A stretch of 64,000 bases of DNA from Balanoglossus misakiensis. Its lineage: Eukaryota > Animalia > Hemichordata. The notes below the pieces were generated by a model. That model was given only the letters and a program-made list of their open reading frames with translations. It did not search any database and was not told the DNA's origin. Where the stretch lies: positions 124,001-188,000 of the forward strand of contig JBECUI020000028.1 in NCBI GenBank assembly GCA_040954595.2, in the 5' to 3' direction. Positions 13,903 through 28,330 of the stretch are shown in pieces; positions within the stretch are counted from its first letter, which is position 1, and each line of letters begins with the position of its first letter. A program made the translations under genes and the position numbers.

Positions 13903-16900
13903 AGATGATGATGATGATAGATAGTTTATTTCACCAGAAAGATGCATTTTACATAACTGGTGCGGACCAGGGAAGTAGTTCTAGTGGAACTAGTCGTGTC
14001 CCTGGCCCTAAATACATACAAATCATTGAAACAATTAATATAATTGCCAATTCATATCACAAAACAATAGTTGGTAGTCAAACAACGCGGTGACAAAGTA
14101 AACAGGTTTATAAAAGAGGTTAAATTAATCTATGCTCAACAGATACATTTTCAGAGAGCTTTTAAATAAATTCCTTGATTGAATTGATTTTATTTGTGTA
14201 GGAATTTCATTCCAATGCTTGGCAATAGAATAGTATAAATTATTTTGAGATGAAGTAAGTTTTACTTTGGGAAGCGTAAACTTATCAGTAGAGGCAAATC
14301 TTGTAAAATATTTGTGTGATACAAATGAAGCATAGCGATCTAGTGAGTGGGCGTAATGCCCTGCCTTTAGATCATACGCAAAAACACAAGTTTGAAATTT
14401 ACAGAGTTTGTAAACATTAAGAATTCCAAGTTGCTGAAAAAGTGGTGCACTATGTGTATTGGGGTTAGAAAATGTTATAAGTCTTACAAGTCTCTTTTGC
14501 AATTTGAAAATACAATCTAAATAGGTTTTATACGCATTTCCCCATATTTCGCTACAATACATTATATGGGGAAGGATAAGACAATTGTATAATAATAAAA
14601 TTATAGACTTAGGGAGATAATGGCGTACATATGAAATAATACCGATTTTTTGGCTAACCTTCTTTAAAATAATGTTGATGTGAGACTTCCAGGATAATGA
14701 TGAGTCAAGAGTAACTCCAAGATAAACAGCAGATGAAACATTTTGTATTGGTAAATCAGAGACATATAAATCCCCCTCAGGATTAAATTTTGCCTGGGCT
14801 GTTTTGAAAATAACATAGTTTGTTTTGTCAATATTAATAGTAAGTTTATTTGACTTACACCAGGTCTGTACTTTAGTTAGCTAAACATTCAGAGTGGCAA
14901 GATCGATTTTGTCCTGCTTATCTGAACAAAATAAATTGGTATCATCTTCAAATAACCTGAATTGAAAATAGTCTGAGGACCTGCAGATATCATTTATATA
15001 TACTAGAAAAAGAAGTGGACCTAGAATTGATCCCTGTGGAATCCCACAGGAGATCCTTTTCACTTTTGAAGTATAATTATTGACCTTGACATACTGTTGT
15101 CGGTCTTCTATATAAGTCTTAAACCAATTAAGTGTGGATCCCCTAATCCCATAGTGGCATAGCTTAGCTAACAAAATTGTGTGGTTAATCGTATCAAATG
15201 CCTTTTTAAAATCAATAAAGATACCAAAGGTAACAAGACCGTTATCAATGTGCTTTGATATTTCAGTTGTGAGATCTGCTAAAGCTAACTTAGTACTATA
15301 TTTCTTACGAAATCCATATTGGCTGTTAGTGAGAATATCAAATTTTTCGAAAAAAGAACACAGTTGCTTATTTACAATAGACTCATACAGCTTACTAAAG
15401 ATTGGCAAGACAGAGATAGGTCTGTAATTTCCTATTTCATGAACACAACCCTTTTTAAAAATTGGTGTTACTCTTGCCATTTTCAGTTTCTCTGGAAAAA
15501 TACCCTGTGGCAAGGAAATATTAACAATATGAGCAAATGGTTCTGTAATATAATCAGCTGCTTCCTTTACAAGTTTTGGATATATTTCATCAAAACCAGC
15601 AGCTTTACAATGGTCTAATAAATTAATTTCTCTGAGTATATCACCAGAATGCACAGGATGGAAAAAGAACGAATTAAAATGACGAATACCAAGGTAATCA
15701 TTGAAATTAGTGCTACAATGTATTTGTGATGCTAGATTTTGTCCAATGTTGACAAAAAAAGAATTAAAAGCGTCAGCTATATCAATATTTTTAGTAACAA
15801 AATTCCCAGGGTTTTTGTCATCTTTTATTTTTTGTGGAGCATTAACCTTTGAATTTTTGTTCAGGATTTCATTGATGACTTGCCATTTTTTGTGGTCCTT
15901 CCCAGAGGCTACAGACAGTTGCAATTTATCACAAAAATACTTCTTTTTTGCTCGTCGCATCAGCTTTGTTAACAGGTTGCGATAAAGTTTGTACTCTTGA
16001 TGAATAGATGAGCTTGCAGAATGGCGTTTTGTTTTGGAGAACATCTTATGCTTGTTTTTAATTGAGACCAGAAGTCCTTTTGTGATCCATGGTTTCCGTA
16101 AGCGCTTACGCTGGTTTGAACACCGTTTGACTGGCACGTGTCTTGTTGCCATATCATGAAACAATTTGTAAAAGGTATTATAGGCAACATTCGGATCATT
16201 AGAGTCGTAAACATCCTGCCAAGAAATATTTGCAAAGTCATTTTTATAAGAAACTGGATCAAATGAAGAAAAATCACACTTGAAATCAGTTGTTTCAACA
16301 TTGAATACATGGCGTAAATCCTTAAAGATGGCAAAGATGGGATAATGGTCACTTATATCAGTCTGTATTATAACACACCATGCAGCGAACCCTCGATCGT
16401 GATTCGTCAATACGACGTCACGTGACATTAGTCATTTCGAACTGTTGCCTAGGGCATCAGTTCGATCGGTTTGGTGTGTTATAAAACACATGATGACTGA
16501 CATATTCGGGCAACAGTGTATTTTTAATGACCTCGGGACTGCCAGTCACACCAAAACAGTCTGTTTCCCTCGGGCTATGCCCTCGGGAAACAAGACTGTT
16601 TTAGTTGTGACTAGCAGCACCTCGGTCATCAAAATACACTGTTGCCCTCATTGTCAGTCATCATGTGTATACTGTCTCACTTTCAATGAACTGGTCACGA
16701 AAATTTACATGACAATGATCTATTAATGTGTAGCGATATATTCATTAAAGACAGTGTTATCGCCATCTATATTTATATTGAAATCCCCTAGTAAAACACA
16801 TTTTTTGTTGGTAATGCGTAGATTATCAAGACAATCTGATAAACTGGTTAAAAATTCCTGAGTAGGTGTATTTGGTCTGCGATATATGACACCTATGATG

Positions 16901-17836
16901 ACCTTGCTTTTTTCAAGTAGGATTTCAACAAAAAGACATTCGCAATGTTGGAGAACAACTGAGTCTATTATAGAGTATGATAACGACTCGTGTAAATAGA
17001 GACCAACACCTCCTCCTCTGGAAACAGCTCTACATTTATGAACAAAGTTGTATGAAGGGAGGTTATATAATGATGCATCAACACCTGGGTCTAGCCATGT
17101 TTCACTGAGGGCAATGACAGAAAATTTGCATTTCAATAGCGACAGAACAACTGACAAGTCATCAAAGTGACGTCTGATCGATCTAATATTCAAATGAAGA
17201 GTTGAAAATGACTGCAGAGTCAGAAGGGAATCGTTTGCATTAAATTCGTCCAAAGTATAAGACTTACAATTATAGTTACTTTGCAAGAAGTGGTCTGTGG
17301 TTTCGCCGATGATGAGTTTGCTTGTACACTATGATGTAGTAGTTAAAGGACGCCTAGCAGATTTTGGGGAAACTTTCCTCATTCGGAATGTAGACAGTTG
17401 GTGACCCGTCGACTTTCTTTGTCAGGATTTTTCCGTATTGCGTCCACAAGTATTTCCATCCATATTCTTTTCTTCTGGCATTTACCTTTGTGAATAAAGA
17501 TCTTCGTCCTGGTGTCAGATTTTCGTTGATGTATATCTTGTTTTCTACTTGGTAGCCAATGTCCGATGTTTTGAAGCGAGACATATTTTTGCGTTGCTTG
17601 TAGACCGCGTCACGAATTTTTCTTCTGGTGAAACGCACATAATTGCGGCAGGAAACCGGGTATTGGTACCGTGGTCAATGTGTTCATTGCCGAGTGCTTG
17701 ACGTTTCTTGATTCGATGTGACACGTCAATATCTGAACTGGTTATGTCTTTTTCTATGAGTTGGATGACTTTCAGGGCTACTGTATCAGTATTTTCATTT
17801 GGCAATTCTGGTATGCCTCTTATTTCAAGATACACC
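13903..17836 (-). mobile_element. Long CR1/L2-group LINE, copy 2 (partial ORF1 plus APE-RT ORF2), inactivated
   Basis: ORF1 pieces 17354-17835 (LEIRGIPE...IDVSHRI, IYINENLT); endonuclease 16723-17286 (HLNIRS, LSETWL, IYRRP, LGDFN) with SDHYPI at about 16340; RT 14881-16370 (FEDD, premature stop); C-terminus 14125-14562; (CAT)n/(CTAT) tail at about 13903-13925. Confidence 0.95.
16371..16669. mobile_element. 299-bp double-hairpin non-autonomous element inserted in the LINE endonuclease domain
   Basis: Removing it with one TA restores ...ESETVIQTDISDHYPI. Hairpin 1 TTATAACACACC...GGTGTGTTATAA; hairpin 2 ACACATGATGACTGAC...GTCAGTCATCATGTGT with GGGCTATGCCC at the apex. Confidence 0.8.
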
Positions 17837-19056
17837 TACGAACCTCTCAATTTAACCAAGCTATGCATTTCTCGACCAAGCATACAAAATTAAACAATAT
17901 GCGTTGTAACACACCAAAGCGGTAGAGTCCAGGACTGAACCAAGAGCACAGAGAATTTAAATGTTTAAATCAATTACTACTTAGAGAGAAATCATGGCTT
18001 AATCTCAGTTCAAATTGCATATTAGTGCTGAACGTCCACTTTAGCTTAGACATCGCAACCATTAGCATGAAGCCCGAGTAATTAGTCAGCTATGTGAAAA
18101 ATACAGTGTTTCAAACTTTTAAGATTTTTAAAATTTTGTTGGTGACCCTTCCATGTTGCTATGCTCAACTTCGCCTTTGAAACCCAAAATGCATAACGGC
18201 AACAGAATCCAATGGTTTGAATGATGGCTTCTCGCTCTTACTGTTAGACAGTAATACCGCAATGCATTGTGGTAACAGTATCCAGCGGTATCCACAAAGG
18301 ATTCTGAAATGTATTCTCAAATACCAAAGATTTGTGGATACTGTGAGAATCCATTGTATATTCTTATGCTGGATACCATCTAGAGGATATCGAAGGATTC
18401 TCTGTGGATTCCATTGTATATTGTAAGAATCCATCAAAATGGATTCTGTTGTAACTCGATGGATACGGAACATTTCACACAGTGAAAACTTGTGCACATG
18501 TAAAGTGGGAAAGAATATTTTGACACATGACTTATGGATATCATATGTATAAACTTGCAGCAAGTTATTTGTAATGTCAATGGAAGAAAGAACAGGACGA
18601 AGATACTTTAGCCATCGCCCAAGAAATCTTATCATCTTACTGTTAAACACCGCATACCTAAATAGAGAATAATGTATATGTATTACACGAAAAATTAAAC
18701 TGTATTTACTAAGTGAACATCTACAAGAAAAGTAATTGCTGTTAGAAATTAGCAAATGGTTATTTCGAGTATAACACGCAACCGGCCCGGGCGACGATGC
18801 ATTTCAAGGCTCAGGTAGCCAGAGCCTATCGCAACACAGTAAGTGCACGATATGTGCACACATGGATATTTCTCTGTCAATTAATGTGCAGTTGCGCTAT
18901 ATGCTAACAGAGAGGTCCCAAAATAGGCGGACATGATTTCAGAGATGCTAGTTCATTAAATCTTTATCGAAGCTTCTCCATGCAACTGGAAAACATCTTT
19001 GTTAGGGTTTCGAGACCCTCTGGTCTCGAAACCCTCTTGAAATCGTGTTGTTTTTT

Positions 19057-22000
19057 ATTAGGGCACAAGCCCAGCAGGCTTGTGCCCTATTGTTTTTACT
19101 GGAGTTTTTAGGGCCCAAGCCCAGCAGGCTTGGGCCCTATTGTTTTTACTGGAGTTTTTAGGGCCCAAGCCCAGCAGGCTTGGGCCCTATTGGTATTACT
19201 GGGGTTTTTCTTCTACTTCTTCTTCTTTTTCTTCTTCTGTCATTTTCTTTGGCGAGGTAGATCTGGAAAACTGCTAAACCTACCAATTTCAAACTTGGCA
19301 CAATGGTGTAGGCCAATGAGAGCTAGTGCAGTACCCTTGTGAATGTTTAATTAGTCACGTGACCTGATGACCATATATGGGCAAAATTTTCAAATCCGCC
19401 TTATTTGCATATGAATGGAGATATCACAATTCTTTTAGCAACTTTTGCGGACCATGTGGTCAGTGTCCTACATGCCAAATGTCAAGGCCATTGGCCATGC
19501 CAATTTTGAGAAGAAGATTTTTAAGTATTATTTTCCATATTTTTTGACCAAGCCATGGGCCTATACTTTACATAGTAAAGCTATGACCACATATTATTTT
19601 GGATAAATATGCATACATATCTCAAAATCTGTTAGGCCGATCATCTCCAACTTTGGTGTGCAGCAAGCCTAGCATTTGTCAATAATTTTAAGCAGAAAAA
19701 AATAATATGAAAAATCGACAGATTTTTTTATATTAATTTGTTTATTAAATTTATACCTTTGCTTATACCTCTATGGTTAAGCTATGTCCATGTCTTATTG
19801 TGGAATTCTGGTCAGTGCGATAGTCCTGTACAGTGAGTGTCTATTGGTCAGTGAGCACAATGGCACCAAAATAAAAGGCAAAATTTTAGGCTCACCTGTA
19901 ACACCTGCTTAACTCATTAATTATGTGCATACCTAATTCCAGGCTAACCAATAGGGCTATAGGTTTGGTTTTTGTTGAACATGGATCAGTATAGGGTCAA
20001 AATTTCTTGCCCAAATTTGGGGTGAACTCAGGTGACCTTTGACCTACTTTCCTATATCTCGGCATCCAGAGCAGGTACAGACTTGGCGTTTGGAGGGTTG
20101 GGACTAAAGTTGAAAAGCCAAAATAGGGGTCACCTGTGACACCTGCATATCTCATTAATTATGTGCATACCTAATTCCAGGCTAACCAATAGGGCTATAG
20201 GTTTTGTTTTTGTTGAACATGGACCAGTACAGGGTCAAAATTTCTTGCCCAAATTTAGCATGACCTCAGGTGACCTTTGACCTACTTTACCAGATCTTGG
20301 CATCGAGAGCAGGTACAGACTTGGCGTTTGGAGGGTTGGGACTAAAATTGAAAAGCCAAATTGGGGGGTCACCTGTGACACCTGCCTACCTCATTAATTA
20401 TGTGCATACCTAATTCCAGGCTAACCAATAGGGCTATAGGTTTGGTTTTTGATGAACATGGACCAGTATAGGGTCAAAATTTCTCGCCCAAATTTTGCAT
20501 GACCTCAGGTGACCTTTGACCTACTTTTCCATATCTTGGCATCCAGAGCAGATATGCTTATGCTATGTTGCTATGTGCTATGTTGGCTTGGGCCCGCCAT
20601 TGCTGCTTGCAGCTATATTTCTTTTTCTTCTTCTTCTGTCGTTTTTTTGGTCAGCTAGATCTGGAAAACGGCTAAACCTACCAATTTCAAACTTGGCACA
20701 ATGGTGCAGGCCAATGAGAGCTGGTGCAGTAACCTCGTGAATGTTTAATTAGTCACGTGACCTGATTACCATATATGGGCAAAATTTTCAAATCGGCCTT
20801 ATTTGCATATGAATGGAGATATCAAAATTCTTTTAGCAACTTTTGCGGACCATGTGGTCAGCGTACTACATGCCAAATGTCAAGGACATTGGCCATGCCA
20901 ATTTTGAGAAGAAGATTTTTAAGTATTATTTTTCATATTTTTTGACCAAGCCATGGGCCTATACTTTCCATAGTAAAGCTAAGACCACATATTATTTTGG
21001 ATAAATATGCATACATATCTCAAAATCTGTTTGGCCAATCATCTCCAACTTTGGTGTGCAGCTAGCCTAGCATTTGTCAATAATTTTAAGCGAAAAAAAA
21101 TAGTATGAAAAATCGACCGATTTTTTTATATTAATTTTTTTTATTAAATTTATACCTTTAATTATACCTCTATGATTAAGCTATGTCCATGTCTTATTGT
21201 GGAATTCTGGTCTGTGCAATAGTCCTGTACAGTGACTGTCTTGTGGTCAGTGAGCACAATGGCACCAAACTAAAAGGCAAAATTTTGGGCTCACCTGTAA
21301 CACCTGCTTAACTCATTAATTATGTGCATACCTAATTCTGGGCTAACTAAGAGGGCTAGAGGTTTCGTTCTAGTGGGACATGGACCAGTATAGGGTCAAC
21401 ATTTCTTGCCCAACTTTTGGGTGACCTCAGGTGATCTTTGACCTACTTTCCTATATCTCGGCATCCAGAGCAGGTACAGACTTGGCGTTTGGAGGGTTGG
21501 GACTAAAATTGAAAAGCCGAAATGGGGGTCACCTGTGACACCTGCATATCTCATTAATTATGTGCATACCTAATTCCAGGCTAACCAATAGGGCTATAGG
21601 TTTGGTTTTTGTTGAACATGGACCAGTATAGGGTCAAAATTTCTTGCCCAAATTTTGTATGACCTCAGGTGACCTTTGACCTACTTTACCATATCTTGGC
21701 ATCCAGAGCAGGTACAGACTTGGCGTTTGGAGGGTTGGGACTAAAATTGAAAAGCCGAAATGGGGGTCACCTGTGACACCTGCATATCTCATTAATTATG
21801 TGCATACCTAATTCCAGGCTAACCAATAGGGCTATAGGTTTGGTTTTTGTTGAACATGGACCAGTATAGGGTCAAAATTTCTTGCCCAAATTTTGTATGA
21901 CCTCAGGTGACCTTTGACCTACTTTACCATATCTTGGCATCCAGAGCAGGTACAGACTTGGCGTTTGGAGGGTTGGGACTAAAATTGAAAAGACAAAATT

Positions 22001-25000
22001 TGGGGTCACCTGTGACACCTGCATATCTCATTAATTATGTGCATACCTAATTCCAGGCTAACCAATAGGGCTATAGGTTTGGTTTTTGTCGGACATGGAC
22101 TAGTATAGGGTCAAAATTTCTTGCCCAAATTTTTGCATGACCTCAGGTGACCTTTGACATATTTTTCCATATCCAGAGCAGATATGCTTATTGCTATGTT
22201 GCTATGTGATATGTTGGCTTGGGCCCGCTATTGCTGCTTGCAGCTATATTCTTCTACTTCTTCTTCTTCTTCTGTCGTTTTTTTTGGTCAGCTAGATCTG
22301 GAAAACGGCTAAACCTACAAATTTCAAACTTGGCACAATGGTGCAGGCCAATGAGAGCTAGTGCAGTACCCTTGTGAATGTTTAATTAGTCACGTGACCT
22401 GATGACCATATATGGGCAAAATTTTCAAATCGGCCTTATTTGCATATGAATGGAGATATCAAAATTCTTTTAGCAACTTTTGCGGACCATGTGGTCAGTG
22501 TCCTACATGCCAAATGTCAAGGACATTGGCCATGCCAATTTTGAGAAGAAGATTTTTAAGTATTATTTTTCATATTTTTTGACCAAGCCATGGGCCTATA
22601 CTTTCCATAGTAAAGCTAAGGCCACATATTATTTTGGATAAATATGCATACATATCTCAAAATCTGTTTGGCCAATCATCTCCAACTTTGGTGTGCAGCT
22701 AGCCTAGTATTTGTCAATAATTTTAAGCGAAAAAAAATAGTATGAAAAATCGACCGATTTTTTTATATTAATTTTCTAATGAAATTTATACCTTTAATTA
22801 CACCTCTATGGTTAAGCTATGTCCATGTCTTATTGTGGAATTCTGGTCTGTGCAATAGTCCTGTACAGTGACTGTCTTGTGGTTAGTTAGCACAATGGCA
22901 CCAAAATAGAAGGCACAATTTGAGGCTCACCTGTAACACCTGCTTAACTCATTAATTATGTGCATACCTAATTCTGGGCTAACTAAGAGGGCTAGAGGTT
23001 TCGTTCTTGTGGGACATGGACCAGTATAGGGTCAAAATTTCTTGCCAAAATTTTGGGTGACCTCAGGTGACCTTTGACCTACTTTCGTATATCTCGGCAT
23101 CCAGAGCTGGTACAGACTTGGCGTTTGGAGGGTTGGGACTAAAATTGAAAAGCCAAAATGGGGGTCACCTGTGACACCTGCATATCTCATTAATTATGTG
23201 CATACCTAATTCCAGGCTAACCAATAGGGCTATAGGTTTGGTTTTTGTTGAACATGGACCAGTGTAGGGTCAAAATTTCTTGCCCAAATTTTGTATGACC
23301 TCAGGTGACCTTTGACCTACTTTACCATATCTTGGCATCCAGAGCAGGTACAGACTTGGCGTTTGGAGGGTTGGGACTAAAATTGAAAAGGCAACACTGG
23401 GGGTCACCTGTGACACCTGCCTACCTCATTAATTATGTGCATACCTAATTCCAGGCTAACCAATAGGGCTATAGGTTTGGTTTTTGTTGAACATGGACCA
23501 GTATAGGGTCAACATTTCTTGCCCAAATTTTGCATGACCTCAGCTGACCTTTGACCTACTTTACCATATCTTGGCATCCAGAGCAGATATGCGTATTGCT
23601 ATGTTGCTATGTGCTATGTTGGCTTGGGCCCGCTATTGCTGCTTGCAGCTATATTTCTTCTTCTTCTTCTTCTTCTTGTGCCGTTTTTTTCGTCAAGTAC
23701 ATCTTGAAAACGGCTGAACCTACAAATCTCAAACTTGGTACAATGGTGCAGGCCAATGAGAGCATGAGCTGTACCCTTGTGAATGTTTAATAAGTCATGT
23801 GACCTGATGACCATATATGGGCAAAATTTTCAAATTGGCCTTATTTGTATATGAATGGAGATATCAAAATTCTTTTAGCAACTTTTGCGGACCATGTGGT
23901 CAGTGTCCTACATGCCAAATGTCAAGGCCATTAGCCATGCCAATTTTGAGAAGAAGATTTTTAAGTATTATTTTTCATATTTTTTCACCAAGCCATTGGC
24001 CTATACTTTCCATAGTAAAGCTATGACCACATATTATTTTGGATAAATATGCATACATATCTCAAAATCTGTTGGGCCGATCATCTCCAACTTTGGTGTG
24101 CAGCTAGTCTAGCATTTGTCAATAATTTTAAGCGGAAAAAAATAATATGAAAAATCGACCGATTTTTTTATATTAATTTTTTTATTAAATTTATACCTTT
24201 ACTTATACCTCTATGGTTAAGCTATGTCCATGTCTTATTGTGGAATACTGGTCAGTGCAATAGTCCTGTACGGTGACTGTCTTTTGGTCAGTGAGCACAA
24301 TGGCACCAAAATAAAAGGCACAATTTTAGGCTCACCTGTAACACCTGCTTAACTCATTAATTATGTGCATACCTAATTCTGGGCTAACTAAGAGGGCTAG
24401 AGGTTTCGTTCTTGTGGGACATGGACCAGTATAGGGTCAAAATTTCTTGCCCAAATTTGGGGTGACCTCAGGTGACCTTTGACCTACTTTCCTATATCTC
24501 GGCATCCAGAGCAGGTACAGACTTGGCGTTTGGAGGGTTGGGACTAAAATTGAAAAGCCAAAATAGGGGTCACCTGTGACACCTGCATATCTCATTAATT
24601 ATGTGCATACCTAATTCCAGGCTAACCAGTAGAGCTATAGGTTTGGTTTTTGTTGAACATGGACCATTATAGGGTCAAAATTTCTTGCCCAAATTTCGCA
24701 TGACCTCAGGTGACCTTTGACCTACTTTACCATATCTTGGCATCCAGAGCAGGTACAGACTTGGCGTTTGGAGGGTTGGGATTAAAATTGAAAAGCCGAA
24801 TTGGCGCTCACCTGTGTCACCTGCATATCTCATTAATTATGTGCATACCTAATTCCAGGCTAACCAATAGAGCTATAGGTTTGGTTTTTATTGAACATGG
24901 ACCAGTATAGGGTCAAAATTTCTTGCCCAAATTTTGCATGACCTCAGGTGACCTTTGACCTACTTTACCAGATCTCGGCATCCAGAGCAGGTACAGGCTT

Positions 25001-25298
25001 GGCGTTTGGAGGGTTGGGACTAAAATTGGAAAGCCAAATTGGGGGTCAGTTGTGACACCTGCCTACCTCATTAATTATGTGCATACCTAATTCCAGGCTA
25101 ACCAATAGGGCCTTAGGTTTGGTTTTTGTTGAACATGGACCAGTATAGGGTCAACATTTCTTGCCCAAATTTTGCATGAACTCAGTTGACCTTTGACCTA
25201 CTTTACCATATCTTGACATCCAGAGTAGATATGCTTATTGCTATGTTGCTATGTGCTATGTTGGCTTGGGCCCGCTATTGCTGCTTGCAGCTATATTT
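19057..25298 (+). mobile_element. Nested HINE family A: three stacked heads and four bodies
   Basis: Heads TAGGGCCCAAGCC-CAGCA-GGCTTGGGCCCTA at 19059, 19109 and 19159 (50-bp period); bodies start with (CTT)n and end in GGCTTGGGCCC...GCTGCTTGCAGCTATATT at about 20620, 22250, 23656 and 25298; each holds 3-4 units of about 238-239 bp. Confidence 0.8.
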
Positions 25299-25969
25299 AT
25301 TATTATTATTATTATTATTATTCTTCCCACTCTTAAAAACAGCCGCTATTCGAAGACCGTTGCACCCAATGACTTGAAATTTGGCTCATAGGTAAAACTC
25401 AAAGCAAGTAATTTTCTGATCATGTAACTATGGCAACAGGTCACATGACCTGGCAGCCATCTTGGATTGAAAGTTTAAAATTGATCTCATTTGCATAAAA
25501 AATGACGAATCAAAATTCTTTGAACAAACTTTGTGGACCATATGGCCAGGGTCCTATATGCAAAATTTCAATGTTCAAGTCTTTGCCGATTTTGAGGAGA
25601 TGATTTTTAAAGCATTATTTTTCATATTTTTCAAGACCATTGGACCCAGCCTTAGGCCTATACTTTCCATAGTTAAGCTATGGCCACCTAGGATCTTAGA
25701 TTTATGCCCAATATCTCAACATCCGCTGGGCTGATCAGCTTCAAATTTATTGTGCAGCTAGCCTACCTTCCAACAATCAGTTCCAACTGGAAAAAATAAT
25801 ATGAAAAATCGACCGATTTTTTTATATTAATTTTTTTATGAAATCTATACCTATACGTATTCCACTATAGTTAAGCTATGGCCAAGTCGTTTTGTAGAAT
25901 TGTGGTTGGTGCAATAGTCCTATCGGCCAGTGTGCAGCATAGGACCACAAAAAGAAGCCAAATTAATTC

Positions 25970-28330
25970 AAGGGTCACCTGTGACACCTGCCTAACTCAT
26001 TAATTATGTGCATACCTAATTCGAGGCAAACCAATAGGGCTACAGGTCTGATTTTTGTTAGACATGGACCAGTATGGGGTCAAATTATCCCCCAAAATTT
26101 GGGGTGACCTTGAGTGACCTTTGACCTTCTTCCGCATATCTCGGCATCCAGAGCAGGTACAGCTTAGGTGTTTGGGTGGATGGTACCAAAATAAGAAGCC
26201 AAATTCAAGGGTCACCTGTGACACCTGCCTAACTCATTAATTATGTGCATACCTAATTCGAGGCAAACCAATAGGGCTACAGGTCTGATTTTTGTTAGAC
26301 ATGGACCAGTATGGGGTCAAATTATCCCCCAAAATTTGGGGTGACCTTGAGTGACCTTTGACCTTCTTCCGCATATCTCGGCATCCAGAGCAGGTACAGC
26401 TTAGGTGTTTGGGTGGATGGTACCAAAATAACAAGCCAAATTCAAGGGTCACCTGTGACACCTGCCTAACTCATTAATTATGTGCATACCTAATTCCAGG
26501 CAAACCAATAGGGCTACAGGTCTGATTTTTGTTGGACATGAACCAGTATGGGGTCAAATTATCCCCCAAAATTTGGGGTGACCTTGAGTGACCTTTGACC
26601 TTCTTCCGCATATCTCGGCATCCAGAGCAGGTACAGCTTAGGTGTTTGGGTGGATGGTACCAAAATAAGAAGCCAAATTCAAGGGTCACCTGTGACACCT
26701 GCCTAACTCATTAATTATGTGCATACCTAATTCCAGGCAAACCAATAGGGCTACAGGTCTGATTTTTGTTGGACATGAACCAGTATGGGGTCAAATTATC
26801 CCCCAAAATTTGGGGTGACCTTGGGTGACCTTTGACCTACTTCCTCATATCTCGGCATTTACAGCAGGTACAGCTTAGGTGTTTGGGTGGATGGTACCAA
26901 AATAAGAAGCCAAAATTTAGGGTCACCTGTGACACCTGCCTAACTCATTAATTATGTGCATACCTAATTCTAGGCGAACCAAGGGGGCTACAGGTCTGGT
27001 GTTTGTTGGATATGTACCACTATGGGGTCAAATGTTTTTGCCCACATTTTGGGTGACCTTGGGTGACCTTTGACCTACTTCCTCATATCGCGGCATCCAG
27101 AGCAGGTACAGCTTAGGTGTTTGGGTGGATGGTACCAAAATAAGAAGCCACAATTTAGGGTCACCTGTGACACCTGCATAACTCATTAATTATGTGCAAA
27201 CCTAATTCCAGCCAAACTAACAGGGCTACAGGTCTGATTTTTGTTGGACATGAACCAGTATGGGGTCAAATTATCCCCCAAAATTTGGGGTGACCTTGGG
27301 TGACCTTTGACCTACTTCCTCATATCTCGGCATTTACAGCAGGTACAGCTTAGGTGTTTGGGTGGATGGTACCAAAATAAGAAGCCAAAATTTAGGGTCA
27401 CCTGTGACACCTGCCTAACTCATTAATTATGTGCATACCTAATTCTAGGCGAACCAAGGGGGCTACAGGTCTGGTGTTTGTTGGATATGTACCACTATGG
27501 GGTCAAATGTTTTTGCCCACATTTTGGGTGACCTTGGGTGACCTTTGACCTACTTCCTCATATCGCGGCATCCAGAGCAGGTACAGCTTAGGTGTTTGGG
27601 TGGATGGTACCAAAATAAGAAGCCACAATTTAGGGTCACCTGTGACACCTGCATAACTCATTAATTATGTGCAAACCTAATTCCAGCCAAACTAACAGGG
27701 CTACAGGTCTTGTGTTTGTTGGATATGTACCACTAGGGGATCAAATTGTTTTGCCCAAATTTTGGGGTGACCTTGGGTGACCTTTGACCTACTTCCACAT
27801 ATCTCAGCATCTACAGCAGGTACAGCTTAGGTGTTTGGGTGGATGGAACCAAAATAAGAAGCCAAAATTTAGGGTCACCTGTGACACCTGCCTTACTCAT
27901 TAATTATGTGCATACCTAATTCCAGGCGAACTAACAGGACTACAGGTCTGGTGTTTGTTGGACATGGACCAGTATGGGGTCAAATTTCCCCCCCAAATTT
28001 CGGGTGACCTTGGGTGACCTTTGACCTACTTCCGCATATCTCGGCATCCACAGCAGGTACAGCTTAGGTGTTTGGGAGGATGGTACCAAAATAAGTAGCC
28101 AAAATTTAGGACCACCTGTGACACCTGCCTAACTATGTGCATAACTAAGTACACACAAACCAATAGGGCTAGATGTGTGGTTTTTATTGGACATGGACCA
28201 ATATAGTGTCAAAGTTTTCTGCTCATATTTAGGGTGACCTCACATGACGTTTGACCAACTTTCCCACATCCTCCACCCTGACTAATTAAATATGCACATA
28301 TCTATCTCCAGGCGAACCAATAGGGCTAGC
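25970..28330. repeat. About 237-bp tandem repeat, about 10 units, internal to HINE family B
   Basis: GGGTCACCTGTGACACCTGCCTAACTCATTAATTATGTGC recurs; near-identical ORFs at 26000, 26237 and 26474 give a period of 237. Confidence 0.95.

Larger units (their letters stand above)
12628..18484. mobile_element. CACTA/EnSpm (CMC)-type non-autonomous element hosting LINE copy 2
   Basis: 13-bp TIRs CACTGTGTGAAAT / ATTTCACACAGTG; AA(A) on both flanks; dense subterminal GGATTC/GAATCC/GGATAC repeats at about 12645-12870 and 18200-18470. Confidence 0.8.

Noticed and set aside
11176-15618. Plus-strand ORFs overlapping LINE RT (11176, 11316, 15179, 15319)
   Set aside because: Antisense shadows of the RT frame.
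19057-19210. Three 50-bp palindromic repeats resembling a CRISPR array
   Set aside because: The intervening sequences are identical, there are no cas genes, the context is eukaryotic, and the palindrome matches the subterminal repeat of the downstream HINE tails.
26000-26698. Three near-identical 74-aa ORFs as a tandem gene family
   Set aside because: They are a by-product of the 237-bp repeat (a multiple of 3), have no recognisable domain, and are not maintained in other units.
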